Shown: in pieces, positions 23,032 to 30,651 of the stretch | How the letters are laid out: each line of letters opens with the position of its first letter | How positions within the stretch are numbered: the stretch's first letter is position 1 | Assembly (NCBI GenBank): GCA_964459345.1 | Contig: CAYWMC010000001.1 | Location: forward strand, 1 to 35,027 | Length of the DNA: 35,027 nt | Direction of reading: 5' to 3' | From: an uncultured Klebsiella sp. | GTDB taxonomy: Bacteria > Pseudomonadota > Gammaproteobacteria > Pseudomonadales > Pseudohongiellaceae | Position numbers and translations under genes: made by a program | Notes under the pieces: model-generated | What the model was told of the DNA's origin: nothing | The model's input: only the letters and a program-made list of their open reading frames with translations | Database searches by the model: none

Positions 23032-23971
23032 GTGCAGTCTGCTCGCGCCCTTCGCGCAGCGATGCACAGTAGTCTTCCGCGGAAACTGCCGGCGTGAACC
23101 ACAGGTAGTCATAGGGAAGCACGTCTGAAAACGCCTGCAGATAGTCCTGCGGGTTCTGCATCTCAGGGTTCACTTCCATGATCCCCACACTCACGACCGG
23201 GCCGTCCACAGCAGGCAGATAATTTGTCACCCCCAGATCGCGGCGCGCGTGAAAATTGCCTGCGATCAGCACGTGGACACCCTGCTCGCCTGCACCAATA
23301 CTCCTGGCCATGCTGGCATCTCGCGCCTGCTGCACGCGAACCATGGCCGGAAACTGACTCTCGGGCAACATGCCGCAGTGACTCTCATCGATCTCGGTGT
23401 ACAGCCTTTCCACCTGTGCGGCGCCCAGGGCCGAAGCCACTTCTTCGGGAAGCTCTGCGCCGTACACAGACATCATCTCGTCCATGCTGATATTGGCAGC
23501 GCGCAGCGGCACTCCCGCACGGGCAGTGTCCAGGATCAGCGGGCCATACAGATCCCATTGCCAGCCTTCCTCGTCCCACTGCAGGTGCGACTTGACTGCA
23601 CTTTCCGAAGCAAGGTCCACGCCTGCGAGGGTGTCCAGCGCCGCCTTCTGGCTGGAATCGAGCATCTCGAAACTCACCACGCCAAGATTGCCTGAGGCGT
23701 TCAATGCGGCGAGTGTTTCGCGCTGAATGGCATGGTGATCGGGGTTGTCATGCTTCTCGCCGAGAATTGCCACGCGCGACTCCTGGAGAACCGCCAGCAG
23801 CTGTGCCTGGTTGATGAAGGCATCGGCACGCGCGTCCCAGATTTTTCCGGTGAGGGCGTGTTCGACATACAAAGGGGACTGCCAGGAGGAGGCCGCATCA
23901 GCGATCTGATTGGCCGAGGAACAGGCATTCAGTAAAGACAGAAGAACTAGGGCGGCGCTCGGCAGTTTCAT
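23000..23971 (-). CDS. ChaN-family (haem/iron-associated, Tiki-superfamily) lipoprotein
   Basis: It has a lipobox (LLSLLNAC) and the ILGEKHDNPDHH motif. Its 3' end overlaps the DUF4159 gene by 32 nt in convergent orientation. Confidence 0.7.
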   Translation of the reverse strand: MKLPSAALVLLSLLNACSSANQIADAASSWQSPLYVEHALTGKIWDARADAFINQAQLLAVLQESRVAILGEKHDNPDHHAIQRETLAALNASGNLGVVSFEMLDSSQKAALDTLAGVDLASESAVKSHLQWDEEGWQWDLYGPLILDTARAGVPLRAANISMDEMMSVYGAELPEEVASALGAAQVERLYTEIDESHCGMLPESQFPAMVRVQQARDASMARSIGAGEQGVHVLIAGNFHARRDLGVTNYLPAVDGPVVSVGIMEVNPEMQNPQDYLQAFSDVLPYDYLWFTPAVSAEDYCASLREGREQTALNGSANRSDN

Positions 23972-23992
23972 GGCGTTCCTGATATCGCAGTG

Positions 23993-24487
23993 CTATTCGG
24001 GATTTTCCGGATATTCAAAATGCTGCAGGGTAGCAATACCGGGCTGCAATTCGGCCCAGTGTTCAATGGGCAAGCTCAGTGTCACGAGTCCGCAGGTGGG
24101 AATATTGTCGATACCGGCCCGGGCCAGGTCATTCGCAAGATCGGTGAGCGCCGGATTGTGAGCCACCAGCATGGCGCTGTCAGCCGACTCGTCGAAGAAG
24201 CTGATCAGCTGTTGCAGCTTGGGGCTGCCCGCCAGATAGATCTGCCGGTTCTCCTGAATGCAGTCAGGCCCCTTCCCCAGCACGTCGCAGACTATGCGCG
24301 CCGTGCTCAACGCACGCACTGCCGGGCTGCTGACAACCAGGTCGACACTAACCCCACGAGCCTTCAGTCGGGCGGCCATTTCCGGCGCGTCCAGAACGCC
24401 GCGTTCATCAAGGGGTCGGTCGTAATCTTTTTGGTCGGGCGCCGCCCAGCTCGATTTTGCGTGTCGGAGCAGATAAAGCGTCTTCAT
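23993..24487 (-). CDS. SixA-like histidine phosphatase family protein
   Basis: It is trimmed to ATG 24487 (MKTLYLLRHAKS is the RHG catalytic motif). AHNPAL is the second catalytic His region. It ends 21 nt upstream of chaN. Confidence 0.75.
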   Translation of the reverse strand: MKTLYLLRHAKSSWAAPDQKDYDRPLDERGVLDAPEMAARLKARGVSVDLVVSSPAVRALSTARIVCDVLGKGPDCIQENRQIYLAGSPKLQQLISFFDESADSAMLVAHNPALTDLANDLARAGIDNIPTCGLVTLSLPIEHWAELQPGIATLQHFEYPENPE

Positions 24488-24595
24488 GGGTCGGATGAAA
24501 TCCTCGGGTTGCGAAGGGCTGGCCAATGACCCTGCCGGGAGCGAGAGTTGCCGGGCATTCTACGCGAATACGGGGGTCTGGCCAGAAAAAGCGGC

Positions 24596-24627
24596 AAAAA
24601 AAAGGGAAGAGCCTTGCGGATCTTCCC
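24596..24627 (-). terminator. Rho-independent terminator of the oxidase-ggt operon
   Basis: The stem is GGGAAGA(G)CC / GG(A)TCTTCCC. On the minus strand it is followed by T8 (24596-24603). It lies 49 nt past the ggt stop. Confidence 0.8.
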
Positions 24628-24675
24628 GAAAAAACGTCACTACAACGTCTGTGAGAGTAAGTCATGAACTGCAAA

Positions 24676-26400
24676 TCAATAAGCGGCTGCGCCCCCTGCG
24701 CTGCGGGGATCCGAGGTTGCCTCGATCGTGCCGTCCTGCACCACGATGGAGTTGGCATCGCCGTAGGCAAACCCCGCCTCTTCGAAGCCACGGTGCCCCA
24801 TGGCTTCCAGAGTGGAGCGGGTCTCGACACTGATGGAATCACGCTCGAAGCGGATCTGGTCGGGCTTCCACTGGTGATAGAAACGCGGACTCGCCACCGC
24901 TTCTTCCACGTCCATGCCGTGATCGATCACGTTCATCACGATATGGAGAACCGTATTGATGATGGTTGAGCCGCCCGGAGACCCGGTGACAAGTACGGTG
25001 GCCCCGTCCTTGACGACAATCGTCGGTGTCATCGAGCTGAGCATGCGTTTGCCAGGCTCGATCTTGTTGGCTTCGCCACCCAGAAGCCCGTACATGTTGG
25101 GGCTGCCGGGCTTGGCAGAGAAGTCATCCATTTCGTTGTTGAGCAGGAAGCCGGCGCCGGGCACCACGATGCGATTGCCGTAGCTGCCATTCAGCGTGGT
25201 GGTCACTGACACTGCATTGCCCTGTCCGTCCACGACGGAGTAGTGCGTGGTGTCCATGCTCTCGTCTACCCAGTTGCCGGCGAAGATCTCTTCGCTGTCG
25301 CTGGCGGCCTGCGGGTCCATGTCCTCGAAACGCTCCAGGGCATAGTCCTTGCTGATCAGCTTGTCGATGGGCACGGGATAGAAGTCGGGATCACCCAGGT
25401 GCTCGGCGCGATCGGCATAGGCACGACGCAGTGCCTCCACTGTCAGATGCACAGTCTGGGAACTGCCCCAGCCAAGGGTGCCGATGTCGTAAGGCTCCAG
25501 CATGTTCAGAATCTGCATCAGCACCACGCCGCCGGAAGACGGTGGGGGCATTGACCATATCTCATAGCCGCGATAGTCGCCGCGAATCGGCTCGCGCCAC
25601 ACCACATCGTAGGACTCGAGGTCTTCGTGACTGATCAGTCCGCCATTGCGCTGCATCTCGGCAACAATCAGGTCGGCGGTGGGCCCCTTGTAGAATCCAT
25701 CACGCCCCTGTTCAGACACTCGTTTCAAGCTCTCGGCCAGGTCTGCCTGCACAAACAGATCGCCTGCACGGTAGGGCGAGCCGTTGTTGCTGAAGATGGC
25801 CTGCGATGCCGCGTGGCGCTCGAAGTAGGGCATGGTGTCGCTGAAGTCGCCGGCAAGATCTTCGTTCAGCACGAAGCCTTCTTCCGCCAGTGCGATGGCC
25901 GGTGCCAGCACCTGCTCACGTGTCATCGTGCCGTGCTTTTCCAGCGCGTCGAGCATGCCGGCCACAGAGCCCGGCACGCCGGAAGCCTGCAGGCTGAACA
26001 GCGAAAGCTCGCGGTCCACATCGCCGTTGGCATCCAGGAACATGTCGGTGGAGGCGGTCAGAGGCGCCTTCTCGCGGTGGTCCTGCGTCAGCACTTCACC
26101 ATCGGCCAGGCGAATGACCATGAAGCCACCCCCGCCAATGTTGCCGGCGGAGGGATACGTCACGGCCAGAGCGAAGCCCACGGCAACGGCAGCGTCAATG
26201 GCATTGCCCCCCTGCCGGAGTATCTCCACACCCACTTCAGAGGCCAGCGCCGAGCGGGAGCTGACAGCCCCGTTGCTGCCCGAGACCGTATTGGCAAACG
26301 CGCCGCCACCGAAGCCCTGCAGCACAACCAGCAGCGCCACCAGCATGCGCGCCAGGGGCTTTCTGAACGTCAGTGATCTGATCGAGACGGCTTTCAACAT
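24676..26400 (-). CDS. ggt: Gamma-glutamyltranspeptidase (periplasmic Ntn hydrolase)
   Basis: It has a signal peptide. The autoprocessing/nucleophile region DTTHYSVVD is present, along with GSPGGSTIINTV. GGAG is upstream. It starts 30 nt after the oxidase gene. Confidence 0.93.
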   Translation of the reverse strand: MLKAVSIRSLTFRKPLARMLVALLVVLQGFGGGAFANTVSGSNGAVSSRSALASEVGVEILRQGGNAIDAAVAVGFALAVTYPSAGNIGGGGFMVIRLADGEVLTQDHREKAPLTASTDMFLDANGDVDRELSLFSLQASGVPGSVAGMLDALEKHGTMTREQVLAPAIALAEEGFVLNEDLAGDFSDTMPYFERHAASQAIFSNNGSPYRAGDLFVQADLAESLKRVSEQGRDGFYKGPTADLIVAEMQRNGGLISHEDLESYDVVWREPIRGDYRGYEIWSMPPPSSGGVVLMQILNMLEPYDIGTLGWGSSQTVHLTVEALRRAYADRAEHLGDPDFYPVPIDKLISKDYALERFEDMDPQAASDSEEIFAGNWVDESMDTTHYSVVDGQGNAVSVTTTLNGSYGNRIVVPGAGFLLNNEMDDFSAKPGSPNMYGLLGGEANKIEPGKRMLSSMTPTIVVKDGATVLVTGSPGGSTIINTVLHIVMNVIDHGMDVEEAVASPRFYHQWKPDQIRFERDSISVETRSTLEAMGHRGFEEAGFAYGDANSIVVQDGTIEATSDPRSAGGAAAY

Positions 26401-26430
26401 GTTTCTCTCCAGGGGTGCTCAGCGCACGGG

Positions 26431-28026
26431 TCAGGCGCTTGTGGCCTCGGCGCGGACGCGGGCGTCCAGATCAGCCAGAGCGACGTGTGCCGATTGGATG
26501 GCGCTTTCCATCCAGGCTGTGTGGTGACTGACCTGGTCGCCGATACACCAGTAACGTCCATCCACAGAACCCTGCAGCCTGGCGAAGATCGCCTGCTCTT
26601 CCGGGGTCTCGACGTTCCAGCGTGCGGAGCAGCCCAGCATGTAGTTCATGCGGTGCCACGCAATGGTGACGCCTTTCTCGACCTGCTGACGGTAATCCGG
26701 ATGCACTTTCTCGCCCTGAGCAATCATCGCTTCGATGCGCTGTTCCTGGGTCATGCGCGTGAATGGCATGCCGTTGCCGTAATCGTAGGCAGCAAGGACC
26801 ACGCCCTTCGCCTTGTGAATGCCGTGCGGCGGGTACCAGATCTGGCGGATAGGCTGATTGGTCCAGCTGATGCCGCCGTAGATGCCCTGCTTCTCCCAGA
26901 AGCGTTCCTTCGCCTGGAAGGCCCCCTTGTAGGCGGTGCCGCGGCGAATGTATTTCATGGCCTGCACATAGTCGGCCGGCAGGTTGTTCTCGATGCCGCT
27001 CATGAAATGGCTGGGGATGCAGTTGAAGCAGTAGTCGGCTTCGATGGCGTGAGTCTGCCCGTCCTGGCGATACTCGACGGTGACGCCCTTGTCAGTCAGA
27101 TTGGCGCTCAGGACAAACGCGCGGTACTTGATCTTGCCTTCCAGCTGACGCGTGAATCCTGCAGGAATGCGGTCCATGCCGCCGGTGGGCTGCATCAGCA
27201 TCGGGCCGGTTTCACCTTCGTTGTCGCTGATGACCTGGCGGGCGGCATTGGCACGCAGCAGATTGCGCACATCGATCATGTCCTTCTGGACGGTGTGAGT
27301 GACATAGTTGCCGGAGGCGTAGCCTGCGCGGGTGCTGCCGGTGTAACGGTTGTCGCGTCCAAGATCGCCGAACGCGCGGATCATGCCCATGACCAGCTCA
27401 GCTTCTTCGTCGGTGAAAGGCTGATCCAGTTCGAGATCGGTCATGGCCTTGGACATCAGTTCAGCCATGAAGCCCCTCACATTGGTGGTGAATTCGGCAT
27501 TGCGAAAAGGCTTGCCGCCCATGACGGCGTCGTCCTGAATCCAGGCCATCTTGTTTTCGTTGATGAACAGCTCGAGGTTGACGCCCAGCTCCTTGCAGTA
27601 GTGCAGGGTATTGCTGTGCGTGCTGGGGATACGGGCAGCGCCGCCATTGAAGAACAGGTGCGGCTCATCGTCCCATTCGCAGTACTGGGGATTGCCGATC
27701 TCGTCGATCAGAGTGCCGGCGCGGACGGTGAAGATGCGGCCGCCGGCACGATGGGAACCTTCCAGAACGGTGCAGTCATAGCCGGCCTTGCCAAGCTCAT
27801 AGGCCACGGTGAGTCCGGAGATACCGGCGCCAAGGATGACAACCTTGCGATTCTGGTTGCTCAGCCGGAGCAGTTCGGGAACAGAGGCTGTTGCGCTGCT
27901 GGGGATCATGCCCAGCGCCCCGGTAATGCCGAGGACGGCAGCGGTACCGCCTGTGGCGGCGATCAGATTCAGGAATTCTCGACGGGTAACTGGAGTTGAC
28001 ACTTGCTGATCCTCTTTGGAAATCAT
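26431..28026 (-). CDS. Tat-exported FAD amine oxidase, L-amino-acid-oxidase-like
   Basis: The twin-arginine signal TRREFLNLIAATGGTAAVLG is present. It has the dinucleotide fold VVILGAGISGLTVAYEL..VLEGSHRAGGR. GGMDRIPAGF resembles the LAAO motif GGMDKLP. Confidence 0.8.
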   Translation of the reverse strand: MISKEDQQVSTPVTRREFLNLIAATGGTAAVLGITGALGMIPSSATASVPELLRLSNQNRKVVILGAGISGLTVAYELGKAGYDCTVLEGSHRAGGRIFTVRAGTLIDEIGNPQYCEWDDEPHLFFNGGAARIPSTHSNTLHYCKELGVNLELFINENKMAWIQDDAVMGGKPFRNAEFTTNVRGFMAELMSKAMTDLELDQPFTDEEAELVMGMIRAFGDLGRDNRYTGSTRAGYASGNYVTHTVQKDMIDVRNLLRANAARQVISDNEGETGPMLMQPTGGMDRIPAGFTRQLEGKIKYRAFVLSANLTDKGVTVEYRQDGQTHAIEADYCFNCIPSHFMSGIENNLPADYVQAMKYIRRGTAYKGAFQAKERFWEKQGIYGGISWTNQPIRQIWYPPHGIHKAKGVVLAAYDYGNGMPFTRMTQEQRIEAMIAQGEKVHPDYRQQVEKGVTIAWHRMNYMLGCSARWNVETPEEQAIFARLQGSVDGRYWCIGDQVSHHTAWMESAIQSAHVALADLDARVRAEATSA

Positions 28027-28091
28027 TGCTTCTCATGACACAGCGTCGCGCAAGCAATCCACTCGCGACACAGGGGGTTTTCACAGGCTGG

Positions 28092-28146
28092 ATTATTCCG
28101 GGCCGGCCCGGGAAAGTCCTCCCAAAAATCTTCTGAAAACCTCCTA
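28092..28146 (-). promoter_or_regulatory. Copy C of the shared promoter/operator element, upstream of the oxidase-ggt operon
   Basis: The minus strand reads TAGGAGGTTTTCAGAA GATTTTTGGG AGGACTTT (28146-28113), then 15 nt, then AATAAT (28097-28092). The ATG lies 66 nt downstream of the AATAAT hexamer. Confidence 0.6.
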
Positions 28147-28196
28147 ATTCCGCTGCACACCAGAGTATTCCTGCCCCATCGCAGCCAGCGTCCGGC

Positions 28197-28225
28197 TTGA
28201 CCTTGCGCCGTTTCTAGGCTCTACT
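28197..28225 (+). promoter_or_regulatory. Possible sigma70-type promoter of the regulator gene
   Basis: TTGACC (28197-28202), a 17-nt spacer, then TCTACT (28220-28225). This rests on a weak hexamer match only. Confidence 0.25.
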
Positions 28226-28292
28226 TCAGTTACTCATTCAGTACGCGCATCCAAAGACGGACGCTGTCCGCTCACTCAAGAACGATCAAGCC

Positions 28293-30386
28293 GTGGCATC
28301 CGACAAAATCAACAAGTACAGGATCGGCGATTGGGAAGTATCGCTGACAACATGCACCCTCACCCAGGGCGAGAACGAGGTGAAAGTCACCCCTCGCAGC
28401 ATGGACGTGCTTGATTGCCTTGCGCAGAATCCTGGCGACGTCATCAGTCACGAAGAACTCCTGAAACGCTTCTGGCAGGGCACCTTCCCGTCCGATCATG
28501 CAGTGCACAAGGCCATCGCCGAACTGCGCAGCGCCCTGGGCGACGACGCACACAATCCGATCTACATTCGCACCATTCCGAAGCGCGGCTACTCCCTGAT
28601 CGCGGAAGTCGTGCGCCCGCAGATGCCGGGCGCCGAGGGCACAAACGAGTCGGGAGCCGAACTGTTGTCGGCCGCGACAGCACGCAGCTCACCGCCATTC
28701 ACTGCCTTGCTGGACAGGCGCCTGGTGGCCGGTATCGCGGCTGCCGTGGTTCTACTCGCAATGCTGATCTGGCCCGGCAGCCAGGTCGTCAGCGACAAGG
28801 ACGAGGTAGTCCGCCTTGCCGTGCTGCCCTTCATCAATCGCGGCCTCAATACCGAGAACCAGTTTCTGACAGACGGGCTGCGGGAGTCCCTGGTGGACGG
28901 CCTGTCGAAACTCAGCCACATGGAAGTCCTCTCCCCGTCACGCGGCCTGGCCGATGAAGAGGAGAGCCGCCGCTCCGAGCGCGCCGCCGACCGCGGCCGG
29001 GATCTCAATGCCGACCACGTGCTGCACGGCAGTGTGCAGACCGCCGAAGGGCGCATGCGGGTAACGGTGCAGTTGACCCGCGCGAGCGATGGCGTCCACC
29101 AGTATTCCGAGCAGTTCGACCTGCCGATCGAAGACCTCTTTGCCCTGCAGGACCAGATTGTCTCGAATGTGGTCAGCGCCCTGAGCGTCCATCTGGACGA
29201 GACAGAGCGTGAACAGATGCTGGACTGGGGCACCACCAATGCCATCGCCTATGAGCGTTTTCTGCGTGGTGAGTTCTACTACAACCAGTTCAGCCCCGAT
29301 GACTTCCAGCGCGCCATCGACTACTACATGTCCGCCCTGGAGGCCGATCCGGGATTCGTGAACGCTTACCATGGCGCGGCCACCGCCGCCAACAACATGG
29401 CCGTTTACAGCAGCAGCGCCCGCATTCAGGAACTGAGCGAGCTGATCAGCAGCATCCACCGGGAAGTCGCCCGTATCGCCCCCGACAGCGAGGCGCTCCA
29501 TGCGATCAACGAAATCAAGCTGCGCATGAGCGGCACCAGTCAGGTACAGCAGGAAGTGCAGTTGCGCGAACAGATTCTGTCCGGCAATCCACCCGACTAC
29601 GCCATGGCCCATTACGCGCTGTTCCTCATCGGCGCCCGCCTGTATGAAGAGGCCTCACAGTTTCTGGACAAAGCGAACGAAGTCGGCCCGTTCGAGATTT
29701 CTCCCGACGAAGTCTGGAGCTATCGCAGCAATATTCAGGCGCCACGCGCCATGCTGCTGTCTGCCAAGGGCCAGCTTCAGGAACGCCCCTACCATGTGGG
29801 TTTTCTGGGCACTGTTGCCACGAACCTTGCCCTGGCGGGCGACTTCCGCCAGGCCGGGATGTACCTGAGCCGCCAGCGCGATGTGGACAAGGACGGCATC
29901 CTTGCGCATTACAGCGAGGCGGTGATTGGCTTCCTCAGCGGCGAAATCGTGCTCGGCAACGAGGCCTATCAACGCATCATGAGTGCAGGTGAAGACTTCA
30001 ATTTCACCAAGGGCGCCCTCAGCTTCATGCTGGGCGACGTGGAAACCGGCGTGGCCTTCTGGCGCAGCATCCCGCCGCTGCAGAAGCGTCGCCTGTTCAA
30101 TGTCACCCACGGCGCGGAGAAGTATTTTCCAGACGCCGTTCTGGAGGACCCCCGCTACCAGAGCGTCCTGGAAGAACTCGATTTCGGCATTTCCTGGCAG
30201 CGCCGGCTCATGGAAGGAGTCATCGCCATGGAAGCGGTGACTGGCGTCAGCCTGAGCGAAAGCGCTACCAAGGCCTACGAGTCCGGCACCTTCATGTCCC
30301 GCAACAATCTCTGGAAACCCGAAGACTGGGCAGAACTGGAGTCCCGCAAACTTGCCGGAATGCAGCCCCGCGGCATTCTTGACTGA
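28293..30386 (+). CDS. ToxR/CadC-like membrane-anchored transcriptional regulator: N-terminal OmpR/PhoB-type winged helix, one TM segment, periplasmic TolB-N-like + TPR-like domain
   Basis: YRIGDWEV...LTPRSMDVLDCLAQNPGDVISHEELLKRFWQG...VHKAIAELRSALGD...YIRTIPKRGYSLI is the wHTH domain. The TM segment is LVAGIAAAVVLLAMLIW. It is followed by RLAVLPFINRG. The GTG start is uncertain. Confidence 0.8.
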   Translation: MASDKINKYRIGDWEVSLTTCTLTQGENEVKVTPRSMDVLDCLAQNPGDVISHEELLKRFWQGTFPSDHAVHKAIAELRSALGDDAHNPIYIRTIPKRGYSLIAEVVRPQMPGAEGTNESGAELLSAATARSSPPFTALLDRRLVAGIAAAVVLLAMLIWPGSQVVSDKDEVVRLAVLPFINRGLNTENQFLTDGLRESLVDGLSKLSHMEVLSPSRGLADEEESRRSERAADRGRDLNADHVLHGSVQTAEGRMRVTVQLTRASDGVHQYSEQFDLPIEDLFALQDQIVSNVVSALSVHLDETEREQMLDWGTTNAIAYERFLRGEFYYNQFSPDDFQRAIDYYMSALEADPGFVNAYHGAATAANNMAVYSSSARIQELSELISSIHREVARIAPDSEALHAINEIKLRMSGTSQVQQEVQLREQILSGNPPDYAMAHYALFLIGARLYEEASQFLDKANEVGPFEISPDEVWSYRSNIQAPRAMLLSAKGQLQERPYHVGFLGTVATNLALAGDFRQAGMYLSRQRDVDKDGILAHYSEAVIGFLSGEIVLGNEAYQRIMSAGEDFNFTKGALSFMLGDVETGVAFWRSIPPLQKRRLFNVTHGAEKYFPDAVLEDPRYQSVLEELDFGISWQRRLMEGVIAMEAVTGVSLSESATKAYESGTFMSRNNLWKPEDWAELESRKLAGMQPRGILD

Positions 30387-30500
30387 GCCACTGCGCAGCC
30401 GCAAGCTCCCACCCTTCCCGGCAACGTCCTGCCCGCCAATCCTCACCAAACCCCTGAGCAATTCGCGAAAACCCCAATGAATTCAATCCTCGAACAGCTC

Positions 30501-30555
30501 TAGGAGGTATTCAGAATGTTTTAAGTAGGACTTTGGGGAGGTCACTGCAGATAAT
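30501..30555 (+). promoter_or_regulatory. Copy A of the shared promoter/operator element, upstream of the TonB-dependent receptor
   Basis: TAGGAGGTATTCAGAA TGTTTTAAGT AGGACTTT (30501-30534), then 15 nt, then GATAAT (30550-30555). The ATG is at 30652. Confidence 0.6.
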
Positions 30556-30651
30556 CGGGGTGCTATCAAGGTCGGGCCCCTATACCCACAGTACAAGGAA
30601 CCCGGTCTCTCTTTCGCAACTAAAGAAACGAATGAAAAGGGATAAGTAACT

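Noticed and set aside
22240-23112. 290-aa minus-strand ORF covering the whole DUF4159 gene
   Set aside because: The plus-strand product has a signal peptide and DUF4159 motifs. The minus-strand translation has no recognisable features, so it is an antisense shadow.
30502-30524. Perfect Shine-Dalgarno AGGAGG, 8 nt, then the mini-ORF ATG TTT TAA inside copy A
   Set aside because: The AGGAGG block is conserved in copy C, but no start codon follows it there. Copy B lacks the SD altogether. The predicted transcription start also lies downstream of it. Conservation is better explained at the DNA-binding level. A regulatory start-stop element is not excluded, but it is unsupported.
30550-30567. Fur-box-like GATAATCGGGGTGCTATC upstream of the TonB receptor
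   Set aside because: Only the outer GATAAT and TATC resemble the 19-bp Fur consensus, and the centre is GC-rich. GATAAT is better explained as the -10 hexamer shared, in position, with the other two copies.
30556-30651. Possible riboswitch (for example cobalamin) in the receptor leader
   Set aside because: The predicted leader is only about 90 nt. I could not find the conserved B12-box or a multi-helix architecture.
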